This document shows, piece after piece, positions 28,971-41,917 of a DNA stretch of 64,000 nucleotides. The stretch spans positions 8,370,001 through 8,434,000 of the forward strand of contig OX597815.1 of NCBI GenBank assembly GCA_951406725.2. Reading direction: 5' to 3'. The translations under genes and the position numbers were made by a program. The notes beneath the pieces are model-generated. The model was given only the letters and a program-made list of their open reading frames with translations, did not search any database and was not told the origin of the DNA. Source of the DNA: Octopus vulgaris (Eukaryota). Numbering within the stretch: the stretch's first letter is position 1; each line of letters starts with the position of its first letter.

Positions 28971-29053
28971 TTTTCCTGATGAGAAAGCGGCATAATATAC
29001 TCCTTATTCCTTCGCAATTAGGAATATGCAGCCTTCGAAACATATGTCGAAAA
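28971..29053 (+). ncRNA. Type I hammerhead ribozyme with extended stem II
   Basis: TTTTC-CTGATGA-[GAAAGCGGCATA...TATTCCTtcgcaattAGGAATATGCAGCCTTC]-GAAA-CATATG-TC-GAAAA. G10.1-C11.1 pair and GUC site. Confidence 0.8.
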
Positions 29054-31781
29054 TAAATGAATTTTGTTAATTCGTCGTTCAACTCCATTCTTTCATATAT
29101 TTATATTTTTAAAAAAACATTCAAATTTCCACACGAAAGCACGTAACTTCAAACGTGTCTTCTCTGATGTGAATTTGCTACCCAGGTATCGGTTAACCGA
29201 ATTATCCTTAACAAGATAATTCATTCAACTACTCAAATATAAATATATATATATATATATATAAGCATGTATGTATGTGTGTGTTGTGTGTGTGTGTGTG
29301 TATGTAATTTTTGTATGTATGTATAGGTGGTTATAAAGCTACAGTACTAAACAATCACACAATATATTGGTGTTGCAAGAAATACCTTTGTGGTGAGTGA
29401 CAGTAACTGATACAACTTAGGAGTGTTGGAATGGAAGGTCTTGCAATATTTAATTACAGCCCTTTTAACTTCTAAGTTCAAATCCACAAAATACTGACCT
29501 TGCCTTTTATCATTCCAGAGATAAAAAAAAACAAAAAACTGTTGCTATACAGCCACTCTATATTTAATATTGTAGCTATACAATCACTTTACATTTAATA
29601 CTGTAGCTATGGAATGCCAACATTCATTCACTCACACACCCATACATACAGAGAGACAAAGAACTATGGTCAATATAACCATCTGTTCGCTCCCCTAAAA
29701 CAATATTTGGGTTTTATGTTTAAGTAAGAAATCATTCTGAAACACAATCCATTAGTGTTCTATTTTTGTTGCAATGCTAGAAATATATATCACAAACTAT
29801 TTAATTATTCTTCACCTCCAGGATCCCTTTGGAACTACTAACAAGAATCAGTATATCTTGCTACAACTGCAACATAACAAAAAAAAAGTTCAGCATTGCC
29901 ATCAAACCATTCATTAGGCAGGAAACAAGCGATGTTTTAAGGGCTTCCTTAATGTCTTGTTTTGTCCTTGAAATATTGTGCGATCAACGTTAAGCACAAA
30001 GCTGGGCGAGGGAGAAACGCAGAATGTTTTAAGCGGAAATATTACAGATTACTTGATTACTTTAGAGCATGTCTTACGTAACCTACTCTTACGCTGCTCA
30101 TTAATAAACTTCAGAACGAGGTCATATTTGATGTGGAGATAGTAGGAAATATAAGAATTCAACTAAAATAAAGTGAGTTAAGAGGGCACAGGCTGTGCTT
30201 CTGTGTCAATTTTCTTAATTAGCCAAGTTTTTGTTTAATTAACTTAATTGAAATTAGGGTCAAAGACTGCTGTTTTCTAATTTTTGACATTTTAGCAGAG
30301 ATATTTTGCTTTTCATTTTTATCTTCTTTTTTGTTTTGTTTTGAAGGTGTTGGCTATTTGACTAATGGTTTAGAGTTTCAGTCAAAATACTACATTTTTA
30401 TTTAAGAGGTGATTAACCCTTTGGAGGTCAACTGTTTTTCATACACTGAAGAAATGGAGTAATTTTAATGACACAGACACAGACACTCCGTACACAGGTG
30501 CGGGCATGGCTATGGGGTTAGGAAATTTGCTGCCCAACTATGAGGTTTTGAGTTCAGTTTCTCTGTATGGCACCTTGAGCAAGTGTCTTTTACTACAGCT
30601 CTGGACCAACCAAGCCTTATGAGTGTTTGTTGTATATGTGTGTGCATTTATTCACATGATCAGATTGGAGCCTGGTGCTGCCCACTGGCTTGCCAGACAC
30701 CAGCCAAACCGTCCAACCCATGCCAGCATGCAAAGCGGATGAGGATGATGATAGCTGTAAATAAGCATTGTCATCATTATAAGCAGTGTTGATCGTTTCC
30801 AATCTCCTGTGAAAATATGTCTGCCACGGGGAAATATTACCTTACTTGGTAAAGGTTGGTGACAGGAAGAGCATAATAAAACTGCCTTACAGATGGTGGC
30901 GATGATGTTGATGATGTGTGTGTGTGTGTCTGTGTGTCTATGCACACAGTTGCAGGAATGAAGAATGGCTGCATGGTTAAGAAGTTCACTGGGATTGGAT
31001 ACCATTGTGTGTCATCTTAGGCTAGTTCCTTTACCAAAGCATTGGGTTGACTGAAGCCTTGCAATTCAATTTGTGCAGCACAGAAAATGTCTGAGGAGCT
31101 GTAATTCAAAGATTCACCCTTGTCACACACAAAGAATTTATTTGGGGTAGCACCATCCGAGCGTGATCATTGCCAGAGCGGCTATCTGGCCTCTGTGCCA
31201 GTGGCACATAAAAGGCACCATTCGAGCGTGATCGTTACCAGCATTGCATTACTGGCACCTGTGTTGGTGGCATGTGTAAAAAGATTTGAGAAAGGTCATT
31301 GCCAGTACTGCCTGACTGGCCCCCATGTTGATGGCATGTAAAAAGCATCCATTACACTCTTGGAGTGGTTGGCGTTAGGAAGGGCATCCAGCTGTAGAAA
31401 CTCTGCCAGATCAAGACTGGAGCCTGATGCAGCCATCTGGTTCGCCAGCCCTCAGTCAAAGTCGTCCAACCCATGCTAGCATGGAAAGCGGACGTTCAAC
31501 GATGATAATGATGTTGCATGTGTGTGAAATTCTCAACCACTTCACATGCAAATTCAATGAGTTGATAGTTCAGTCCGTAGAGCAATTGGACACTCCTGCT
31601 GTAATAACTTCACTGGTTTTATTATGACATTTAAATACACACACAAAAAGAAAAAATGGAAAAGAGAGAAATAGGAAAACTGCAGAAGATGGAGGGGGAG
31701 TGGGCAATGGGTCACATATCCCAGAACAAGTGGGAGTTCCACAGTAATGACCATTATGGCCCTGCCACACAGAATAGCCAG

Positions 31782-31813
<32 letters not shown>

Positions 31814-32216
31814 CTATATTTATCATCATCATTGTTTAACATCCATTTTCCATGGATACCAAAGTGAGTGGTATATTAGAATAGAGGTTACTAACTTTCA
31901 AGTTTGTTAGAAGAGGAAAAATAAATCACAGACCTTTAACAAAAACAAGTCAACTATTTGATGACTTCCCCAGATTAAAATCAACAATTCATTGAAATTT
32001 ACAGTCAGTCATTTCTGAACTGACTTGTCTCCAAAACAATCAACTGGAAATCTTTTGTTCTTTGTTTCATTTTTCAATAAACAGCTGGTATTTTATGATG
32101 ATAATGATGACAGCAATAAACAGCTGTGACCCATTTGCCATCCAAACTCCTTAAGAATCCAATTCTTTCCCCTCCTTCCTACTGCATCTAATTCATTTAT
32201 CTTTTGTCTAAACATT

Positions 32217-32250
<34 letters not shown>

Positions 32251-32397
32251 TCAAAACAACAAACAGGTGGTCAAACTGCTTAACTGATTATTCTCTGATA
32301 TTGGTTATCTCTAGACCCAAGAAAAATTTATTGAAAGTATTTTTGAGTTCCTGACAACTTTGAATAAGTAGCTGACATCCTTCACACACACAGATAA

Positions 32398-32797
32398 GCG
32401 CTGGAGTGGCTGTGTGGTAAGTAGCTTGCTAACCAACCACATGGTTCCGGGTTCAGTCCCACTGCATGGCACCTTGGGCAAGTGTCTTCTGCTATAGCCC
32501 CGGGCCGACCAATGCCTTGTGAGTGGATTTGGTAGATGGAAACTGAAAGAAGCCTGTCATATATATGTATATATATATGTTTGTGTGTCTGTGTTTGTCC
32601 CCCTAGCATTGCTTGACAACCGATGCTGGTGTGTTTACGTCCCCGTCACTTAGCGGTTCGGCAAAAGAGACCGAAAGAATAAGTACTGAGCTTACAAAGA
32701 ATAAGTCCCGGGGTTGATTTGCTCGACTAAAGGTGGTGCTCCAGCATGGCCGCAGTCAAATGACTGAAACAAGTAAAAGAGTAAAGAGTAAAGAGTA
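32398..32797 (+). mobile_element. SINE family A
   Basis: Same head and tail as 46265-46681. Confidence 0.85.
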
Positions 32798-33521
32798 TAT
32801 AAAGCAACATATTCTCAATATTTCACAGTTTTTTTAAATTTCCAGTAGGGATGAAAGCACTTATTCGAGCATAATGGATACAATAAGAAGTACTTCCCCT
32901 CCTCCTGACTACTTTCTTCTTTATTAATCGTTACCAACATTACACATCCAGTGGATCATACTAGCTTCATTTCTTTCAAGCCTATGCATGTCCTCAGCAT
33001 TCATGGCCCATGTTTCACTGCCGTGTAGCATGGCTGTTCACACACATGCATCAATTACCAACGTCGCCTTACTGGCACCTGTGCCAGTGGCATGTGTAAA
33101 AAAGATTCCAGCGAGGTCATTGCCAGTACTGCCTGACTGGCCCCCGTGCCGTGGCACGTAAAAGGGCACCATTCAAGCGTGATCGTTACCAACGTTGCCT
33201 TACTGGCACCTGTGCCGGTGGCATGTGTAAAAAGATTCGAGTGAGGTCATTGCCAGTACTGCCTGACTGGCCCCCGTGCCGCCGTGGTAAAGCACCCACT
33301 ACACTCTCGGAGTGGTTGGCGTAAGGAAGGGCATCCAGCTGTAGAAACTCTTCCAGATCAAGATTGGAGCCTGGTGCAGCCATCTGGTTTGCCAGCCCTC
33401 AGTCAAAATCGTCCAACCCATGCCAGCATGGAAAGCAGATGTTAAATGATGATGATAATGACACAGACACAGACACACACACAGGCACACATTATGTGAA
33501 AAATTGAATGAAGTTACTTAC

Positions 33522-33575
33522 ATTAAGACCTGACACTTGAGAGAAGGTCCTTCGAAACACATTGAGCATCATCGG
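33522..33575 (-). CDS. ACAT1: ACAT1 small exon with mitochondrial presequence; possible start ATG at 33572 or 33569
   Basis: Not in the ORF track. Long polypyrimidine tract plus TTTCAG, then 54 bp reading P-M-M-L-N-V-F-R-R-T-F-S-Q-V-S-G-L-N, then GTAAGT. In frame with the next exon. RRTFS resembles a presequence cleavage motif. Confidence 0.85.
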
Positions 33576-33695
33576 CTGAAACATAGAGAGAAAGAAAGAA
33601 AGAGAAGACTGTTAATATGGCATCCTTATGGGTGATAGAGTACCAAGTTTTAATGAATGAATGATGCAACTGTGTGTGTGTGTGTGTGTGTTTAC

Positions 33696-33914
33696 ACTCT
33701 CTTTTACTCTTTTACTTGTTTCAGTCATTTGACTGTGGCCATGCTGGAGCACCGCCTTTAGTCGACCAAATCGACCCCGGGACTTATTCTTTGTAAGCCC
33801 AGTACTTATTCTATCGGTCTCTTTTGCCGAACCGCTAAGTGACGGGGACGTAAACACACCAGCATCGGTTGTCAAGCAATGCTAGGCGGACAAACACAGA
33901 CACACAAACACAAT

Positions 33915-33948
<34 letters not shown>

Positions 33949-34112
33949 CGACGGGCTTCTTTCAGTTTCCGCTAACCAAATCCACTCACAAGGCATTGGT
34001 CGGCCTGGGGCTATAGTAGAAGACACTTGCCCAAGATGCCACGCAGTGGGACTGAACCCGCAACCATGTGGTTGGTTAGCAAGCTACTTACCACACAGCC
34101 ACTCCTGCGCCT
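33696..34112 (-). mobile_element. SINE family A
   Basis: Reverse-complement full copy. Further copies at about 14214-14667, 35967-36218, 36382-36786 and 60725-61078. Confidence 0.85.
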
Positions 34113-34401
34113 ATATATATATATATATATTATTAACAATAACAACAATAATAACAATAACTGTTTTAAATTTTGGCACAGGGCCAGCAAGTGTTTGGGG
34201 ATGGGTTAAGTCCTTTACATTGACTCCATTGCTCAACTGGTACCTATTTTATCAACCCTGAATAGATGAAAAGCAAAGTCAACCTTGATGGAATTTGAAC
34301 TCAGAACATCAGAGACCCACCTAAATTGCCACTAAGTAATTTGCCTGATATAATAATAATAATAATAATAACAATAACAACAATAATAATAATAATAATA
34401 A

Positions 34402-34820
34402 AGGATGTGTTTATTAATTGACATGAGTATTCCTTGCGATCACAATATAGCGGCGAAATAGAAATAAGAAATAATGTGGCATCTCAAGGCGACTACAGTA
34501 CCAGCGATTGTAGGATCCCTAGGAATGATAAAAAAAGGTACTGAAACCTATTTGAAAATGATACCAGGTTTACCATCCTTACAGGAAGAGCAGAAAATCG
34601 TGTTAACTGGAATGACTCATGTACAGAGAAGAGTATTATCGCTGTGAAAACAATATCCGTTCATGAATTTATTTATTTATTAATTTTTTAAACACATATT
34701 TTACCTGTGAATTTGCGCGTGTATTCTGGGAATGCATACAATGAGCTTCTCTGCCCTAGGTGTACGGAAAACACCAGGTGAGAAACGGAAGAAAATTTGA
34801 AGAAAGAAGAAAAAACATAA
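34402..34820 (+). mobile_element. Dong/R4-like non-LTR element 3' end in a (TAA)n tract
   Basis: Translates CLLIDMSIPCDHNI and MWHLKATTVPAIVGSLGMIKKG..IPGLPSLQEEQKIVLTGMTHVQRRVL*. (AAT)n on both sides. Confidence 0.7.
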
Positions 34821-35405
34821 TAATAATAATAATAATAATAATAATCCTTTCTATTAAAGGCACAAGGCCTGAAATTTTGGCGGAGGAGGAAAGTCAGTTA
34901 CATTAACCCCAGTACTTGACTGGTATTTAATTTATCGACCTTGAAAGGGCGAAAGGCAAAGTCAACCTCAGCAGGATATGAATGCAGAACATACAGATGG
35001 GTGAACTACTACTAAGCATTTTGGCCAACGTTCTAATGATTCTGCCAGCTCACTGTCTTAAAAGTACTGTCACCCCAATAATAAGATTTAAGAGGATTAG
35101 TCAGGTGATCTTGGTAAAACGCAGTTTGTTAGTCTCTAGCATAAACATGGTTTGTATACAGAACACAGCTGACTTGATAACTGATCAATAAAATTTATTA
35201 ATCAATGCGTCAAATACAGTTTGTCCCATATCAAGATTAGACAGAAAATTTCCCATAAAATGACAAGTGTTATACAACTCCATTTTGAAAGTAACAAATG
35301 CTGTTTATAATTGTGATAATTAAAGTCTATAAATAAAAGGGATGGAAGTGGTCGCTGAGAACTAAAATTGTTTCAAAAAGCACATTGAATATATATTACA
35401 TAACT

Positions 35406-35438
35406 CATCTGATGAGCTTTTTTGAAACAATTGTAGTG
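35406..35438 (+). ncRNA. Degenerate minimal hammerhead
   Basis: CAT-CTGATGA-gctttttt-GAAA-CAATTG-TA-GTG. Stem II is collapsed. A partial inverted copy lies at about 35350-35385. Confidence 0.45.
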
Positions 35439-37369
35439 CTCAATGATCTTGTCACTCCCTTCATCTTATATTGCTCTGTGATCACTTTGACACCTGATGT
35501 GTGGTACATCGTCCACCTGTTCAGGTAATGTCGATTTGATGGAGGGTGTGAGCTAATGTGTTTCACGAACACTTGATCGCTATAAACAGATCATTTGTGC
35601 AGGTCGTTCACCAATATGCTGAATGACCATATGCCGCCTTCAACAGGAGAGTCCATCACCATCATTAACATCCATTGTCCATGCTGGCATGGGTTGGACG
35701 GCTCGACTATGGCTGGCAAGCTGGAAGACTGCACCAGACTCCAGTCTGTTTTGGCATGGTTTCTATGGCTGGATACCCTTTCTAATGCCAACCACTTTAC
35801 AGAGTGTAATGGGTGCTTTTATGTGCCACCGGCACAGGAGCTATTTGCGTGGAAACAGTATCTGCCACAACTGTGGTTTTAATTGGCTTCACGGGTCTTC
35901 TCAAACATGGAACAATGCCAAATAGACTCAGTCATTGCCTCCATGAGGCCCATCTAATATATATATATGGTTCCGGGTTCAGTCCCACTGCGTGGCATGT
36001 TGGGCAAGTGTCTTCTACTATAGCCTCGGGCCGACCAAAGCCTTGTGAGTGGATTTGGTAGACGGAAACTGAAACAAGCCCGTCATATATATATATATGT
36101 GTGTGTGTGTCTGTGTTTGTCCCCCTAGCATTGCTTGACAACCGATGCTGGTGTGTTTACGTCGCTGTCACTTAGCAGTTCGGCAAAAGAGACCGATAGA
36201 ATAAGTACTGGGCTTACAGATATAAACCATGATCACTTAGCATCCGTTTTCCATGCTGGCATGGATTAGACAGTTTAACTGGAACTGGTAAGCCGGAAGT
36301 AAAAGAGTAAAAGAATATATAAATAACTACTTTTAGCCATAGGCTGAAACAGCTGTAAGAAGTGATTTTAATGATTTCAATACTCTCTCTTTTTACTCTT
36401 TTACTTGTTTCAGTCATTTGACTGCAGTCATGCTGGAGCACCACCTTTAGTCAAGCAAATCGACCCCAGGACTTATTCTTTGTAAGCCTAGTACTTATTC
36501 TATCGGTCAATTTTGCCGAACCGCTACGTTACGGGGACGTAAACACACCAGCATCGGTTGTCAAGTGATGTTGGGGGAACAAACACAGACACACAAACAC
36601 ACACATATATATATATACATACATATATACGACAGGCTTCCTTCAGTTTCCGTCTACCAAATCAACTCACAAGGCTCTGGTCGGCCCGAGGTTATAGTAG
36701 AAGACACTTGCCCAAGGTGCCACACAGTGGGACTGAACCCGGAACCATGTGGTTGGTAAGCAAGCTACTTACCACACAGCCACTCCAATCAATTTATATT
36801 GATTTTTAAACCTTGTATTCTTATCTTATATGTATTGAATTATAAGATATATATATGTATGATATTAAGGTTCTCATTTTGTTGAATAAATAAATAATCC
36901 AACATTCTAATATCCGAAAGTTGATGAACAAACTAAATTTGTTTCTCTGTTTTTCTTATTTGTATTATAAATTTACGGTAAAAATATTTCTTTACCTTCA
37001 CCCGTTTAATACAATAAATGAGTTAATTACATTGCAATTAAAAACGTTTATGTATTAAGAATCTGGGTACAGATTTTCTTCAGATTATACACTTCCATCT
37101 AAAGGAAATAACACATTAGATAATATGGTCCAGAGGTCGCCATTCATAGGAACAAGATAAGATAGTCACAATTGGATTGCTTTTAATCAAAAGTTTACTC
37201 ATTGACATTTGATTTGGGATTATACAACAATTGTGAACAAGAATAATCTCCATTGCTTGTAGCTTTTTAATTCGCTACATTTTTATGACCTGTGCTGAGT
37301 AGGAAAACAGTATATTGGATAAATACTATTCCATTGTGGGTTACACCCATAACCCCTATCTTACTTTGT

Positions 37370-37790
37370 ATTTTTTTTCCTCGTCTAGGCTTATAGGCCC
37401 TCTTTATTTGTTTTCCTGTCCTGTTTCTATTCTTTCTTGTACTGTATTTCTTGTAATTGTATTTTATTTTGTATTTGTTTTTAATTGTATTGTTTTTACG
37501 TCCTGTTTTTGTCACATTTTTTTTCTTGTTTTTACCCCTCTGCAAAGGAATTTTATTTAATTCTTTCGCAGGAAGGACTAGTTCGACGAGACGTGTTCTG
37601 TCCTCACCTTCGAAACACGCTGGAGTTGAACTAGGGACGGCTGATGAAGGGGATTTTTCCTTGTGTAGTTGTCTTGTACTTTGTTTTTTCGTTGTTAAAG
37701 GAATGGTCCGTTCCATGCTGTTTTTACGTTTTCATTTCTCTTTGAGTTCTACGTCCATTTGTGGTGTCCTGTACACACGTATATATATTT
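37370..37790 (+). mobile_element. T-rich repeat family carrying the permuted hammerhead (Penelope-like, inferred)
   Basis: Colinear, diverged similarity to 62880-63220 on the minus strand. Ends in TA-rich microsatellite. Confidence 0.55.
37592..37652 (+). ncRNA. Candidate non-circularly permuted hammerhead
   Basis: CGTG-TT-CTGTCCT-ca-CCTTC-GAAA-CACG-(linker)-GGGACGG-CTGATGA-AGGGG. Confidence 0.6.
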
Positions 37791-37870
37791 ATATATGCAT
37801 GTATATATACATGTAGATGTAGGTACGTACATATATGTTTGTATGTATGCATATATTTTATTTATTAAAC

Positions 37871-37904
<34 letters not shown>

Positions 37905-38127
37905 TACATATTCATATAATGCACACATACAAACACATATAGGAAGACGTATGAGAGTGCATAACTTGTACACTCATTCAAACAAGTGTGGCATGCAATT
38001 CAGAAATTAACAGAAATGAAAAAGAAAAGAAAAAATAGAGAAATGTGAGTGAGCCAATTCCTAGAAATACATCAGAGGTGGTGGCTGATCTCATCAATCC
38101 CTTTTATTTACAGGTATATATATTTAG

Positions 38128-38511
38128 AGAAGCACTCCGTCGGCTACGACGACGAGGGTTCCGGTTGATCCGAATCAACGGAACAGCCTGCTCGTGAAAT
38201 TAACGTGTAAGTGGCTGAGCACTCCACAGACGCGTGTACCCTTAACGTAGTTCTCGGGGATATTCAGCATGACACAGAGAGTGACAAGGCCGGCCCCTTT
38301 GAAATACAGGTACAACAGAAACAGGAAGTAAGAGTGAGAGAAAGTTGTGGTGAAAGGGTACAGCAGGGATCACCACCATCCCCTGCCGGAGCCTCGTGGA
38401 GCTTTAGGTGTTTTCGCTCAATAAACACTCACAACGCCCGGTCTGGGAATCGAAACCGCGATCCTATGACCGCGAGTCCGCTGCCCTAACCACTGGGCCA
38501 TTGCGCCTCCA
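38128..38511 (-). mobile_element. tRNA-derived SINE family C
   Basis: Head TGGAGGCGCAATGGCCCAGTGGTTAGG..GGTTTCGATTCCC with A and B boxes. Flanked by GGTATATATAT direct repeats. Confidence 0.8.
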
Positions 38512-38911
38512 CTGGTATATATATGTTATAGGTGATAGGTGTGGTGATGATTGAGCTGAATATAATATTGGTGGTGGTAGGTGAGACTATTAGACTATTT
38601 GGGTGACAGGTGGCTGTTCATGGTGGGGTGGATGCCAGGTGAGTATTGGACTATAATGAAGGTGTTTAGTAACAGGTGACAGGTCTACGAATACCAATTG
38701 TATAATAGTGGTTATGATCGTGGGAGACAGATGAATATTGAACATATAAATAAATATGAATTAGCAGTAATCATCATCATCATCATCATTTAATGTCTGT
38801 TGTCCATGCTGGCATGGGTTAGATGGTTTGACCAGGGCTGGCAAGGCTGGAGAGCTGCACCAGACTCCCATCTGATTTGGCATGGTTTCTATGGCTGGGT
38901 GCTTCACCACC

Positions 38912-41037
38912 TCATCCCATGTCTTCCTGGAACTTTTCTAGTTCTGATTGTGATTCAGCTATAAGAGCAAGGTCATCAGCATAGAGGAGCCCCCAGGGGC
39001 AGCCTGTCTTAAATTCCTCTGTTATTGTCTGGAGGACTATGATGAACAAGAGGCAGATGAGGACCAATCCTTGGTGAACCCCTACCTGTACCCTGAATTC
39101 TTTGCTGTGCTTGTGGCCAACCCTCACCTTACTGGTAGCATCTCTGTACATGGCTTGTACAGCTCTCACCAAACACTTGCCTATCCCTAGTTTCCACATT
39201 GACCACCAGATAAGGGATTGGGGACCCTGTCAAAGGCTTTATCCAAGTCAACAAGAGCCAAGTACAGAGATTTATCTTTGGCTATGTATTTCTCCTACAG
39301 CTTCCTTACCAGAAATATAGCATCAGTGGTGCTTCTCCCTGGCACAAAACCAAACTGCATCTGATCTAGACTAACGCTCTCTCCCTAATTAGTTGGCTAT
39401 GACTCTCTCAGTAACTTCCATCACCTGATCCAACAATTTGATACCTCTGTAATTATTTCTATCTAAGGTGTCACCTTTACCTTTGTAGTAGTTGACTATG
39501 GTGCTGCTACACCAGTCATTGGATATGATCCCTTTGTGAACCACCTGATTTACAAAACAGGTGACGAGATCATAACCCACACCACCAGATATCTTCAGCA
39601 TCTCAGAGGTGATTCCTGATGAGCTGGGGGCTTTCCCTGTCTTCATATTCTTAACTGCTTTATCTACCAAGAGACTGTGGATTCAAGTGGCTGACTCTTC
39701 AATTGGTTCAACATTTGGCAGACTATCCTCCTCCCATTAATTCTCCACATTCAGCAGTCTTTCATAATGGCATTTCAACGCCTCTTTCTTTGCAGAATCA
39801 TTAAATGCAAGTGAAGCATCATCCATGCAGACACATTTCTCTCCTATGACATCACTGTCTTGCAATCCAAAACACTTGAGTTCTTTGGTCCTCACGTTGC
39901 TGAACATAGGCAAACTCCTTTTCTGCTTCTCCCTTGGTTAGATACACCTGTCTCCTAGCTTCCCTTCCGGCTATCTGATACAGTTCCCTGCTACCGCCAC
40001 TCTTCCAGGCCTATTTCTTTGCTCTAATGGCCCTGTCTACAGCATCATTCCACCACCATGTTACCCTAAGTCTGGATGGGTCTTTGCACCAATGCAGATT
40101 TGCTCTGTGACACTCAGCAAGCTGTCTCGCAGGAATTCTCAGTTGCCCTCTCTGTCACAAGTCTGTAGATCCTCCTCCCCCTCATCAAATTTCGCAGTTG
40201 TCCCTAAATCTCTGACTATATGAACGGTCCTTAAGCTTCCAAATCCTTCTTTTCCAGATTGTTCCTCTTCTTGGCATCCTTCCGGCCTGGAGTCTAAAGT
40301 CACTAATGACTAATCTATGCTGGAAGATACATTCTTCACCAGGGAGGGGCTTTGTATTTAAGAGCAACCATGCATCCCACTGTCTGGTGAGAATGAAATC
40401 GATCTGGTTAGCACAGTCACCTAATTGGTAGGTAATCACCTGGCTGGCTGGCTTCCTGAAGTTGGTGTTGCAGATCGATAGGTTATTTACATCACAGAAC
40501 TCCAATAGCTTTGTTCCCTCTTCATTTCAGGAACCAATTCTATGGCCCCTATGGAAGATACCAGGCTGCCATCTGACATGCCCATTGAAATCCCCAGCCA
40601 CGAAGATGAGATCATGGTCACTCATCTTTGAGGCAGGCTGCAGAAGAATATCATAAAAGTAGTCCTTCTGTTCATTTGGTAGGCCTGCTAGTGGATTGGC
40701 ATGGTTTCTACGGCTGGGTGTTTCACCACCTCATCCCATATCTTCCTGGAACTTTTCTGGAACATAGGCAGAGATAATTGTTGCTATGTTATTCTGCAAG
40801 ACTAGCCTGAGCTTAAGCACTTTATTGTACACTCTGACTACGTCTATGACCTTATCCACCCATTTCTCTGTAAGAAGTATGCCCACACCACCTATCTCGT
40901 CACTGTCACCTTCCCAGAAGATTTTATACTTATGTGAGTTGCCTGTGAGGAACCTGGCTGATGCTACATACATCAACTCTTGGATGCAACATCTATCAAC
41001 ACGTCTCTGTTCAAGCATCTCAACAATCTTGCCTCTG
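38912..41037 (-). mobile_element. Degenerate RTE-clade LINE (APE endonuclease plus RT)
   Basis: Fragments CCIQE, GGVGILL, IISAY, QIDFIL, QHRLV, MKTGKAP, NYRGIKLL, GVHQG and LLYADDLALIAES, broken by frameshifts. Confidence 0.9.
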
Positions 41038-41454
41038 TTCAAGCATTGGAGAGATAAATATAAGTTTCAAATTTTGGTATAGAGCCAGCAATTCTGGGGG
41101 AGGGGTTACGTTGTTTACATTGCCACTGAAAGGATAAAAGGCAAAGTTGACCTTGGTGGAATTTGAACTGAGAACATAAACATGGATGAGATGCCGTGAG
41201 GCATTTTGCCTGGTGTGCTAACAATTCTGCCAACCTTAATGTAGAGATAGATATTAGAAACATCAGTGGTGATTGTTGGACCGTGCAAAGTAGTGGTGGC
41301 CACTATTGGACTATACATAGTCTTGGACTGTGGTTGATGTTGGCTGTTGGTCTGTGTGCCAAAGTACAGTGACCTCTATTTGCAAACCCATGCAATTGCA
41401 CTCAGTATTTCTCGTGCATATGAGTTTGTTATCATATTTCACCATTACTGACAC

Positions 41455-41917
41455 CATCCATTGCCAGCCTCGCCTGGACCCCATGACGGTGGCACGTAAA
41501 AGCACCATCCGTTCGTGTCCGTTGCCAGCCTCGCCTGGCCCCCGTGCCTGTGGCACGTAAAAGCACCATCCGCTCGCATCCGTTGCCAGCCTCGCCTGGC
41601 CCCCAGTGCCAGTGGCACGTAAAAACACCATCAGCTCGCGTCCGTTGCCAGCCTTGCCTGGCCCCCGTGCCGGTGGCACGTAAAAGCACCATCCGTTCGT
41701 AGCCATTTGCCAGCTCCGTCTGGCACCTGTGCGGGTGGCACGTAAAAAGCACCCACTACACTCACGGAGTGGTTGGCATTAGGAAGGGCATCCAGCCGTA
41801 GAAACACTGCCAGATCTGACTGGTCCTGATGCAGCCTTCCGGCTTCACAGACCCCAGTTGAACCGTCCAACCCATGCTAGCATGGAAAACGGGCGCTAAA
41901 TGATGATGATGATGATG
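41455..41917 (+). repeat. Family D element with about five tandem units of about 60 bp
   Basis: Repeated TTGCCAGCCTCGCCTGGCCCCCGTGCC.GTGGCACGTAAAAGCACCATCCG. Confidence 0.85.

Noticed and set aside
38440-38511. tRNA gene
   Set aside because: The tRNA-like head continues into a SINE body found in several copies.
41455-41760. CRISPR-like appearance of regularly spaced palindromic repeats
   Set aside because: The spacers are themselves near-identical, the context is eukaryotic, there are no cas genes, and the array is part of a dispersed retroelement.
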